Below are positions 23,909-35,150 of a stretch of DNA of 64,000 nt, one piece after another. The DNA is taken from NCBI RefSeq assembly GCF_021869535.1, contig NW_026262690.1, forward strand, positions 83,204,001 through 83,268,000. Reading direction: 5' to 3'. Each line of letters begins with the position of its first letter. The stretch's first letter is position 1. The notes beneath the pieces were generated by a model, which had not been told where the DNA came from, searched no databases, and saw only the letters and a program-made list of their open reading frames with translations. The position numbers and the translations under genes are program-made. Source of the DNA: Mytilus californianus. Its lineage: Eukaryota.

Positions 23909-24194
23909 TTGTAGAAATTCACATTTATTTTAATATTCAGTTTTTTCCTCGTCGCCAAAATGTGTAATATATTTGCTATATAATAATACAATCCAGTTTC
24001 TATAACTAATTTATTAACAAGTACATCGTTTGATGGTCAGACTACAGAATGACAACATGTGTATAAGAACTTCAATTGATCTATTTAATTATGTTTATTT
24101 AAGAACGTGCAGACATGTGAGAGTTGCTGATCTGTCAATTATAATTACTGTAACAGATGATACTGTAATAAAGTGCGGTGAACTTTATAACACA
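21848..24194 (-). mobile_element. Ty3/Gypsy LTR retrotransposon, 3'-truncated (5' LTR, PBS, gag-protease-RT)
   Basis: Single gag-pol ORF starting at 23908 with WTQYVERMEHYF gag, two zinc knuckles (CYRCGGNHLAADC, CHSCKKKGHIAKKC), protease DTGAS, and RT motifs WAAPIVPV/RICGDYK/LPYGVASSPGIFQ/VDDILI. Similarity stops at YYNRFLSNL; no integrase or 3' LTR seen. Confidence 0.93.
23947..24194 (-). repeat. Gypsy primer-binding site (23947-23957) and candidate ~234-bp 5' LTR (23961-24194)
   Basis: Minus strand reads ..tattacaca ttt TGGCGACGAGG. The LTR candidate begins tgtgttata and ends tattacaca (8/9 inverted match) and contains AATAAA. The outer boundary cannot be confirmed without a second LTR. 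Confidence 0.55.
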
Positions 24195-24379
24195 CATCTT
24201 CATAATTTTATAATAACTGTATCTGTTGTATCCTTTATTTCAAGTTCGATGGGATAGATGCGTTCAGCATAGTCACCAAACATTGAAGTATTAAGTGAGA
24301 GGGCATCATCTACATATACAGCAGAACGTGAAGTTAAATGATATTATGCTAGCTTCTTTTCATAATTTTAATGACGATT

Positions 24380-24757
24380 TTTACCATTTTTTTTTGTGTT
24401 TTGCCTTATATGATAAAATTATATTAGATAAATAGAAACTATCAATAACAAAAATGATCATCAAGTCAACATCCACAAACAAGTCAAATTTTGCTGATAT
24501 AGTTAGTAGACTGTCACACTTCATAGGAGTGATTGTCCTTAAATGAGGATTTCTTTTACTCTCTTATGTGTTTTGATCAAAAACTAAAAGAGATAGAGAG
24601 AAACTAAATAGACAAAATTATCAGCAATATAAGATCAATAAAAAAGATTTTTTTAATGAATTCTATTCTTGTTTACAATGTTGGAAAGAGTCCATATTTG
24701 TTGATTATGCACATAGACCTAGGTGAGCGACACACGGGCTCTTTAAAGGATCTAGTT
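24380..24757 (+). repeat. 3' remnant of HINE-like family A
   Basis: aagtcaaattttgctgat.tagttagtagactgtca and a ggtgagcgacac..ggctcttt..tctagtt end, both shared with 59544-60490. Confidence 0.6.
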
Positions 24758-25375
24758 TCATTTTCTGAACTATAGTTGATAGAATCGGATATAGCATTAG
24801 ATCACGCCATTTCAATGTTGTTGTTCATAAAGTTAACAGAGTAGACTCGACATCTTTTTTTTAAATACTATTAAAGATTGGTTTGCGCTATAATTCTGTG
24901 CTTCTAAATAATTTAAAATCAATACATGACCAGTACGCATTCAAAGCGACAGTAAAGCAACATATGAAAAATAAGTAAATGTGTATCTTTATTTGTGACT
25001 ATATGGGGGCTCTATAATTAATATCGATTCCTAATGAATTTTACCTTTTACCTTCTATGGTCATCAATCGCGACATGATCTACAGAACTGCCACTTAATA
25101 AGATCTAAAAAAAAAAAAGCAAATATAAAACTAATTGCAGTAAAGGTAAAAATAAACATCAAAATGGCTTATTTTTACCAGGTGCACGTTCCAGTTAGCA
25201 GAGAACCTCTTGTTTTTGTTCAGTCACGAACTTGGGGGAAATAGCATAAAATTAGGAAGATATCGAGTCACCGTCATTCAAAAGGCTGCCGTGACGAATA
25301 GTATTCAATCCTGAGGAATGAAAGTGGTTTTATTCATGCATGCTTCAAGTTTATTACATATTTATTTTGTATTTT

Positions 25376-26385
25376 ACCTACAAATCAACTCGGACCGTCT
25401 ATAAAGTTAACTTGGACCGTCTACAATGATCTCAGACTAACTTCAATAAGTATAAATATGAATATAAAGTTTGTGCTATCTAAATGATCAAATGTTATAT
25501 TTCACATAAAAATATCCCTTATACATACCTTGCTTCAATTCCAAAATGAAGTAAAACTTATAAAATAATATAGATAAGAATAAAATTAATGATAGATTGT
25601 AAATTTATACATAGAAGTCAGGATTCATATACTCACGGACTTGTTTACCTTTTTTAGGGGGAAAAAGAAAACAACCAAATTATAAACGAAGAAAGGGGAG
25701 ATATAATAGTCCCACCATTTATCTAAAGTTATAATTAAATAAGATAAATTTAACAATCAGTACTGTAAATTTAATTATTCAGATAGTCAACAATAGACTG
25801 ATGCAGGTCAACACAAAAAAGTTGTGATCTGGAATATTGAGGGTCTATATGATGATTATATCATAATTACATTACATGTATGTTTCATTATAATACGTCA
25901 TTGAAATGTAACATTCATGATGACACGAGCTTCCACAATAAAGTGCACAGGCAAATAAAAGAAAAACTTGATAGAAATCGAGTTTTCATGATCCTAGCAA
26001 AAAAAATGTAATGTTATAAGTATTGAATGCAGCGTTTAGTAATTTTATAGGGTAGTAAAGCGTTGACCGTGCGCACATTTTTAGAATGAGGCAAAATGTA
26101 TTTCGGTCAACGCTTTTACGCCCCAATAAATTTACAAAAAGAAGCATTCAATTCTTAAATGAGACCGACTTGTCTTCACATAATTACGGTCCGAATAGTC
26201 TTTTTCGTAAACACTCATTTAATCATTTATATAGTCAAAACTTTTCTTAAATACTTTTCTCATGTGGGCATTGTAGACTGCCTGCGTTGACCTTACAGAC
26301 GGTCCGAGTTCACTTATTGACGGTTCGGTTGTCTTTTTTTGTAGATGGTCCGAGTGGGATTCGGGCCGAGTTGACTCGTACCCGA
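25376..26385. mobile_element. MITE-like element with inverted arrays of aactcggaccgtct; contains a long palindromic insert at ~26020-26150
   Basis: caactcggaccgtct / aacttggaccgtct (25386-25422) are inverted relative to gacggtccgagtt / gatggtccgagt / ggccgagttg (26298-26375). Internal taaagcgttgaccg..ggtcaacgcttt palindrome. Confidence 0.5.
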
Positions 26386-26525
26386 AAAATTATTTACTTC
26401 GGAGTCAAAGTCGGTTATGGTCTATTATTGTCTTCCCATGCCAAATAATCTGTATACATGCAATAACCTTTAAAATAATTTCATTCGATTGATTTTGTAT
26501 GTATAATTTCTAAGATGCACATGCA

Positions 26526-29500
26526 ATGTCTGAAGCGAAAGTTTCAAAACGAGGGAGGAAGCCAACTTTGACTGATTCAGATAGAAAACGACGACGTACG
26601 GAAATAAATGCCAAAAATAATAAGAATAGGATCTACATAGGTGCCCAGTATGATCGCTGGAGTAAGCTTAAGAGTGCTCTGTGTGTGCAAACACATGCTG
26701 AGGTGGCGAAAATTTTGCTTGATGGGTAATTTTCTAAAGACCGAATTTTACCCGACAAAATTACATGTATTTGAAGGAATTTCTACTGTTCCCTGAAAGA
26801 CTAAATAGTAAAATTTGCCTTGGCTCAATGGAGAGCAAAGGGATTTTTTAAAAAGTTTATGGGAATGACAACTTTAACATTGGAAGTATGGTGAAAAAAT
26901 ATATGAAAAACGGAAGACTTAAGAAATTTAAATGCATTGCAGTTCCAAAATAATTTTCCTAAGTGTACATACTTGATATTCAATCCTTTTTATAGTACCT
27001 ATTAGGGGCCATATGTATATATATAGTTGTTTGGTTTTTTTTTTGGGGGGGGGGATATTCTGGCCTTGTAAGAACTAATAAAAATGAATATAAGCTTGGC
27101 CAAGTCTGGATGATTGACAATGAATATTCTGCAACAGTAAATGCAGCAGGAAGAAATTGTCAACAAAATTAGAACACAAATTTTCATGTGGCTTATTCGC
27201 CCCAAAAATTAAGCAAGCAGTACCAAAGGGGAAATGAACATACTATAAAAAAATCCCTGCAACATGAAATAATGTCTCCCATGAAATATTGTCTGTCGAA
27301 AAAATTTTCATATAAAATATTGTCTGTGGACACTTTTTTATAATGTAATTAATAACTGTGCAGGACAATATTTCATCATGAACTAGGGTCCTTGTCCTTG
27401 AAATTTCTTTCACCTCTTTCTTGACAATATTTTACTATGCAATACTTTCCATGACAATATTGTACCAAGGATTTGTATAGTTAGACAATATTCTAACTAT
27501 ACAAATCCTTGATTGTATGTGAAATTCTGTCCATGACAATATTTCAATGTGAAATACTGCCCACAAAAATATTTTTTAATATATGTCTTCCCTGTGAAAT
27601 TCTTTGCCATGAAATTGTGAGTTCATCTGGAATGTTTTTAATATTTTTTTAGGAAGAGTATGTGCACGTGTATAACCATAAATTGCTGCATAAATTTTAT
27701 GGGACCATTGAAGAACAACTTACCTTTTTTAAAAGAGAAAGATTAAATAAATCCTAAAACAAATGCCCAGAATCGATCAAAATAGGCCAGACATCACTTT
27801 CTAGAATATATTGTATATTTTTTATTTATTAAAGTGTTTCAAACCATGTTATGAGAGGTACAGTATTTTCATTTAAACCTCTTGCAAATTAGTGATATAG
27901 ATTAACATACAAAAAAAAATTGTGAATTTTGAACAAACATCAATTTCATTCCTATTTTATACAGGTATGAAAAACATCCTATGATTGACCAAAGAATTCC
28001 TGTGCCAAATGACATCAACATTAGACCAACCAGCCCTCCTCGTACATGTAGTGAAAATCAAGAAGAGACCTCAGGTGTGAGTATAATATATGAAACAACA
28101 TCAATCTCTGGTCTAGTGAAATCTACATTGAAGCAGCATTCTGTACACATATCTGATGTATCTGGTATATCATTTTGTCTTGCTTTGATGAAGTTGTTAA
28201 GGCTAGACCTGGGCCTGCTTAAGACATCGATGTCTACCTGTTGAACTGGAAAAGTTTTAAGGCTTTGCTGGTCCTTCAAAAGTGAAATTTTACTTTGTGT
28301 GTTTTATGTTTCAGAAAGTTTAGACCCTTTTCTTGATTTTAATGTAGCTTTTTTTTATTCCTACAGAAGGTGCCAAAATAATCTGAAAAAATTAACAGTA
28401 TGCTTGATGATTGATTTGTGTTTGCTTAATGTCCAGTGGCAAATAGTGGGGATTTAAACTGTGAAGCTTAGAGGAATGTATGAATTGAAATCCAGGTGCT
28501 TGTTTATTTTACATGTACCATCTTCTGTAGACTGAGACTTGAACAAAATTTTATCTCAGTATCTTAAACAGCTTTTGTTTTTCTAAAACACACAATGCAT
28601 ATTATTACGTACATGGGGGGACATATACTTGCCTCCCCATGCCGCTGAACTTATATTTAATTGAGAGCAACAAAAACACATCTACTGCCATGGCACATTT
28701 ATTTAGAAGAGCCAGATTACAGCACATGATAAATATGCATCATTACACAAAGGGACACTACTCTCACGACTTTACAATAAAACACATACGACAATACATA
28801 TACATAACAATATATTTAATTTTGCTTTCATCATCGTGAGAACAAAACATTTCATAAGTCTAATCAAGGGGGTATGAATTAATTAAGTTTTTGGTTTTAA
28901 CTATTTCATATTATATTTTCCTTCCAGTACTTCAGGACTCTTATAACCAATATCTCATATCTTTGGTCCATGAGTCTGTACCAGTGAGTTTGCTCTTTTA
29001 GTTATGTAACTCATACACAAATTAAAGTATCCGATGGACAAATAAAACTAATAAAATGAAATTAAAATAAAAACATATTAAAAAGAGACACTAACACAAA
29101 ACAAAATTTAATGTAAATTTATTTTACTGCATACCTTTGTTAGAAAGTTAAAGCTGGTATATATCTTGGTCCAGTCATGCCTTTAAAGTTTTCCAAGTAC
29201 ACATGTTTTTCTTAGTAAATTTGATAATGTGGAAATTAAAGTATGAATCATTTTACATAACTTGTACATTTTGTACTTGTCAACCTCAAAATATTAATAT
29301 ATATGAAACTGAACTAGTCTAGATGATGCACTTAATATCTTGTTGAAAACTTTTATTGTACAATTATGCCACTCAATTTTAAAGATTAATTAATTATTGA
29401 TTACATAATGTCTTTTTTTGTGAGCTGGCACTAAATTTAGTTCTCTTTGCTACTTGTATAACATTAAGCAGTTTCAATTGGGTCAAAATCCATGATAATT

Positions 29501-32500
29501 ATTCATTTTCACATATCAACAACATTGCACATTTGACTTCTTGCTTGTGTACAACTCTAAATCTTAACATTTTCTGTTCAATAGCATTAAATTTTGTCTG
29601 ACTTGTAGTCCTTCAAAAAGTATTTCATAAAGACTCCTTTTCAAGGATAAAACTTTATTGTATGTATAAATTTACCATACATTGTAGTACATGTAGGTAC
29701 ACGTAAGAAAATATTTCTGCTATTTAAAGAAGCACATTACAAATACACTTATTTAGTGGCTAACATCTAGCCATTTGGTTTCTGGTGGAGAGTCATGTCT
29801 CATTGGCAATGATACCACATTTCCTTATTCTATATTATTTATATTCTTTATTCGAAAATATTTCTTTGTACATGTAGTTTATTAATTTTATATTTTTTAA
29901 AGGTCAATGCCAGAGTGATGAATACCAGAGATGTAGGTACCTTTGAAGACCAACCTGATGTTGTAGAGCCAGTAGAAGGTACATATTATTATAATGACAT
30001 TAAAATTTTGACAAAGATCCCTGACAGTTCTGCCAACAGTTTGAAAATTAAAAAAATCTTTAATATATTTGAATTTATGAAGTACAAATTAAGGAAGTCA
30101 AAAGCTTAGCCAAACTAAAAATTGAGAGACTGTAATTTTTTTTGTAGTCATATGGTTAAAAATTTTATTTCTGCATTATAGATGATTGGAACATTACAGT
30201 ACATTTTATTATTCTGCACTACAACATTTGTGATATTTCAAGCAGCTGCCTCTGCAATAAATTTATGGTTCTCATCAAACTGATATCACGACAATAAAAG
30301 ACGTAAAAAAATTGAACTATAAAGGTGGGAGAAATTTTTTATTTTAGCCACAATTGGCAAAAATTTTATGAAGAAATATTTTTAGATTATTTTTGGATCT
30401 TTTCTCTTTCTCCTTTTGAACTAATGGAACAATATATGTATAAATAAACACAATCTAGTTATCAGACACTGTCATCCTGACATATGATTACAGGTGCGTA
30501 AGTAAACAATATAAAAATAAGAAGATGTGGTATGATTGCAAATGAGGCAACTATTCACCAAAGATCAATGTGGATGTAAGCAATTATAGGCAACCATATG
30601 GCCTTCAACAATTAGAAAAACCCATACCGTATAGTCGGCTAAAATAGGCCCCAACATGAAAAATATAAGACAATTAGATTGAGAAAACTAACAGCCTAAT
30701 TTATAACAAAACAATTTACAGACATTATTCTTTACATTTTAACCAATCTCTATTTTCATGGACAAAGCGACACAAATGCTTTAAAATGTTTGCACATCTT
30801 TTTTTGTAGCATGCCTGGCAAGGGAGAGTACAGAGGCTATAATGAAATTAATTTTATCCTCAGAGAGCTCAATTTTTCTAGAGTGGCCAGACAATGAGAT
30901 CCATATTGAGGATAGTAAGATTTCTATTAGAACTAAATAGATAGACCAAGGATAGTTCACTGTGGCCCCTTTTTTCTCCTTAAACTAAGACAAAACTAAT
31001 ATTTTTATTTTGCCTATCCATACACACATCCAGATATGGATAAAAATGTTTACTTTTAGGTTTATTTCACCATGTTTACAGTAACTGAAGATGATATGTC
31101 AATGATACTTCGTATACATATAGATATTAGATAGTACCAAATGATGTTGGAGGGGGTAACTAATTTCTGATTTACAGTATGCAAATAGATTAGTATTTCA
31201 AAATACTGTAAAATTACCAAGAGGGACTTTGAAGAATTAAAATATTTGGGATACAAAAATAAGGAGATGTGGTATGATTGCCAATGAGACAACTATCCAC
31301 CAGAGACCAAATGAAGTAGATGTTAACAACTCAAACATCAAACATCTCACAACACACATACACAGAAATCTTAAACCATAGATTTTACTATTACCATTGC
31401 ATTACATTTTGAAAAAATACTACAATCTAACTGGTGTCTATAACCTCTTGCAAAACATGTATGAACATTTTATTTGAAGTTTTGTTTGATTGCAGATTCA
31501 CTGCAAAGTGATGATGAATTTTCAGAATACATTATACAGTATAAATATGACCAGGAGGCCATAGCAATGGAAGGTAAATCTCACAAAAACTCAAGAATTA
31601 ATAGAACTTTCAAAATTGTTGAACAATGACTGCTAACACATTGCTATTAGATATTTGTGTCCCTTCATTAAGAAAATTACCATAAAATCGATGGAAATAG
31701 ATCCATTATTATGTCTGTTCTGTTCTTTGTATGACCTTTCTGAAAGGATGAGATTTAAGCAATTACAATGAACATTATTTTCGAGTACTAAGTATTCATA
31801 TAAGAAACTGTGTCACCTTGACCTACATTTAACATGCATGACAGGTTAAGGTTTGTAGTTGCTACTACAAGTCAATTGATAAAATAAATTTCAGTACTTG
31901 GAGAAAGCTGAATATCAAACATTTTTTTTTTTATTTTTAAGTTAACCTATATCTTTAGCATGCATAAACCTATTGCACTTAATGCTATTTATATATTCTT
32001 CCAATTAATATCAGATTTTATCACAGCCAAATATAGGTTTCAGAAATTTATCAAAGTTGCCACACATATCTCCTATGCATTATTTCCTACACTGGCCAAC
32101 ACAAAAAAAAAACTTGCACAGACTCTCCTACAAACATGAAAGTTGTGCATCTCTTATTATGACTTTTTATTTGAATTATTTTAGGGGTTTTCCTTGGCCA
32201 AAAAGGTTATCAATTTTCAGTTTATATTTCATCAAACCAACCTACATTATTATGTGAATTATTGATTTCAAATATTTTAAGTTACGAATGTAAAACAGAT
32301 GCAAAACTCACAACTAAATTATATCATAAATTATAAGTTTGAAGTGAAATTTGTGGTTTACCTGTACCCACATGATGAAATCAGCAATAATTGGTATCCC
32401 ACGAAAAGTAATGAATCCACAGTAGATGTTTTAATCAAATTTATACAGTGAAAAGACATAATATTACGGTACATGGTGTACACATTAAAGAAACAGGTGG

Positions 32501-33748
32501 ACTTGACCTTCATTTACACAAATTACTAGTTAAGTTATGCAAAGCAATCACAAGTCAAGGAAGAAATTTTATAGACATTGGTTTTTTTTCAGTACTTTGA
32601 GGAAGGAGTTTATCAAACAGTCTTTTTGTTTTAAGTAAACCACCTGTCCTAAGTCAGGAATCTGATTACAGTAGTTGTCGTCTGTTTATGTAGTTCATAT
32701 GTGTTTCTCGTTTCTCGTTTTTATATAGATTAGACAGTTGGTTTTTCCGTTTGAATGGTTTTACACTAGTAATTTTTTGGGGCCCTTTATAGCTTGCTGT
32801 TCGGTGTGAGCCAATACTCCGTGTTGAAGGCCGTACCTTGACCTATAATGGTTTACTTTTATAAATTGTAACTTGGATGGAGAGTTGTCTCATTGGCACT
32901 CATACCACATCTTCCTATATCTATGTATATTTTCAGCATGTGTGAACCTTGTGCACTTTCTATTTTTATTAATCTAATTTTAAATTACGGTATGTCTGAA
33001 GTTTCTCATATATTCTGATATTTGAAACATAATTTTTTTTTCAGACCAAGAAAGTCTGCAGAGTCATGATGTCAAAACTGAAATGGTTGATAGTGATGGC
33101 ATCTTTGATAATGAGTTTCATGTTGTGTTTTTGGACCATGTCTACTGTCAACGACCATATGTCAATTTTGGTGAACTTGTATGTGAAAGAACTCGAGAAA
33201 GGTTGGAACGTGAAAGAACTAGAGAAAGGTTCATCAACCTTAAAGAAGAGTGTAAGCTAAATCTAACTGAACATGCCAATTTTGAATTAGTGAAAAGGTC
33301 AAAATATCTAAGGTACGTTGAACTGTATGATACAGAAATTCCAACAATACAGACTTGCATCACCATTTATGAAAATTTTCGAGCTGAAATAATTGTTCAT
33401 GGACAAAAGTTATCAGACAATCATGCTATATGGAACACACCTGAACTACCATCTGAGTTTGTTGGAATTCATCATGTGCAGGAGCTGCTGCAAACAGTCT
33501 CTTACTATACAGTCTGCATTGGAAATCCAGATCCTGATTTCCTGAACAATTTGCTGCTTGGTGACTATGGAAATAAACCATCCTCAACATGTGCAGGCTA
33601 TTTGGAAGAAACTTTTGGAGCCTACTACAGATACTTTTACTATAACAGAACCATAAGATCAAGCAACTGCTCTTTTTTGTCACTTGTAGAAAGGTGTAAG
33701 AATTGCAAAGTTTACCGTAAATCACTCATCAACAAGAAAATCGCCTGA
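26526..33748 (+). CDS. Uncharacterised 5-exon gene, 389 aa: basic N-terminal module, acidic linker, Cys-containing C-terminal domain (possibly transposase-derived)
   Basis: Exons 26526-26725, 27965-28076, 29903-29978, 31496-31573 and 33045-33748 are all GT-AG, with phases 2,0,1,1 that join into one open frame ending TGA at 33746-33748. No expression evidence is available. Confidence 0.7.
27466..27511. repeat. Perfect 20-bp inverted repeat with 6-nt loop
   Basis: caaggatttgtatagttaga-caatat-tctaactatacaaatccttg, embedded in degenerate gacaatatt/aatattgtc repeats (~27270-27620). Confidence 0.85.
30515..30720 (-). repeat. Dispersed repeat family R1 (3' part)
   Basis: aataagaagatgtggtatgattgcaaatgaggcaact is the reverse complement of the R1 terminus. 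Confidence 0.6.
32640..32925 (+). repeat. Dispersed repeat family R1
   Basis: Matches 11148-11430 closely. Confidence 0.75.
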
Positions 33749-34484
33749 ACATGTTACATGACGGAAATAGTGATTGACGGACGATGAAAAGATTATCAAA
33801 TTTAATCAACTTACAGTTCTAACAATAGATTTGAAAAATAAGATTAAAACCTTAGAGAAGAAATTACAGCAAGCTTCATAAGTGAATGATTTTATATATT
33901 TATTATATTATGGTATCCTAAGGCAAAGTGGTGGATTTAAATATATAACTCAATATTGTAATAGTTAAGTCGTGCAATGGTAAATATGAGGGTTGCCAGC
34001 TCATAAGCCCTTGTTTCACTCATATGAAACACTTGCAGAAAAATACAAGATTTTGCTGTGGAAAGTAAAAACCTTTGTCCCACGAAAAAAGGTTATAACA
34101 AGAAACTCACTATAATTGCTGTCAATGCAGAGCATAAAAAAATATTTAAATTTGATATTAATTTACAAAATATAAACATAACAAAATCTCTATAATTAAA
34201 TTTCATCAAACATGAAACATTAAAAGAAATTAAAGTGTAGTATATCTATAAAGTATGTCAGTGAATCTGCTTTTATTGCATGACATGATTTCAGTACACT
34301 TTTGTAGCAAACGATTTTTCAGATTGGTTTGTACATATGAGTCTACAAATGCACACATTTAATTTGTTCTTTTAGCACTTAAGGCAACAGGTTGACTTTC
34401 ACAGATATTTCCAGTTCTAACTTTTTAGTTAATGGGCAATTGAATGGAGGTAGACAGTGAGATATAGTATAATATGTTCACCAA

Positions 34485-34830
34485 TTGGCTGCTTAACGTC
34501 CAGCGGCAAATTGATATGCATATTCAGGACAAGAACATGTTAATGTGATATAAATATTAACCCTGCTTTGTACTAGACTGACACCCTGAGCCGGAGTTTT
34601 AACATGCTAGTTCTCAAGGTAACAGTCCACAGGAAGACATGTCACCTTACCTGGACACATTATTCTGACTCCGAGCCGACCAGTCTTTGCTCTTACTCCT
34701 TAATGCTGCATGCTTAGCGGAGAAGCAGTAAATGCCAATTTTAAAGTCTTTGGTTTGACACGGTGGGGAATCGAACCCATGACCTCCCGCACTTGAGGCA
34801 AACACACTACTACGAGACCAACGAGGCGGT
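34485..34830 (-). mobile_element. tRNA-derived SINE, MetaSINE-like central domain
   Basis: Minus-strand head accgcctcgttggtctcgtagt..gggttcgattcccc (A/B boxes) followed by gcattaaggagtaagagcaaagactggtcggctcggagtcagaataatgtgtcc. The Meta-domain assignment is from recall. Confidence 0.65.
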
Positions 34831-34992
34831 ATCCAATATGAAGTCTTTGTTATCTGGTGATAGGCACAGTTGGACCCAATAGTATTTTGTCATGAAGTTG
34901 TCTAGATTGTTTCTGTGAGGGAAACTATGTCCACAGGAGCAGAAAAATACATTTTAGGTCAGCACTTTGTCAGTAGCTGCTTTTGTCATTAT

Positions 34993-35150
34993 CAGAGGCG
35001 GATTTAGAGGGTTTTTCAGGGGGCCCGGGCCCCCCTTTTGTTGGAAAAATTTGGTTGACTATTTAGGGAATCACTGAAGCATGACTGGAGCGGGTCCCCT
35101 CTTAGGCAGTCAGTGGGCCCCCCTTATGAAAATTTCTGGATCCGCCACTG
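34993..35150. mobile_element. 158-bp MITE with CAG termini and a 5-bp TSD
   Basis: cagaggcggatt / ggatccgccactg imperfect TIRs, with attat on both flanks (34988-34992 and 35151-35155). Confidence 0.75.

Noticed and set aside
24770-24975. Possible very old LINE 3'-end remnant (IKDW..LKSIHDQYAFKATVKQHMK)
   Set aside because: Too degenerate to support as a feature by eye.
33066-33725. Short overlapping ORFs (33066-33260 +, 33148-33366 -, 33426-33725 -)
   Set aside because: They are alternative-frame or antisense shadows of exon 5 of the 389-aa gene.
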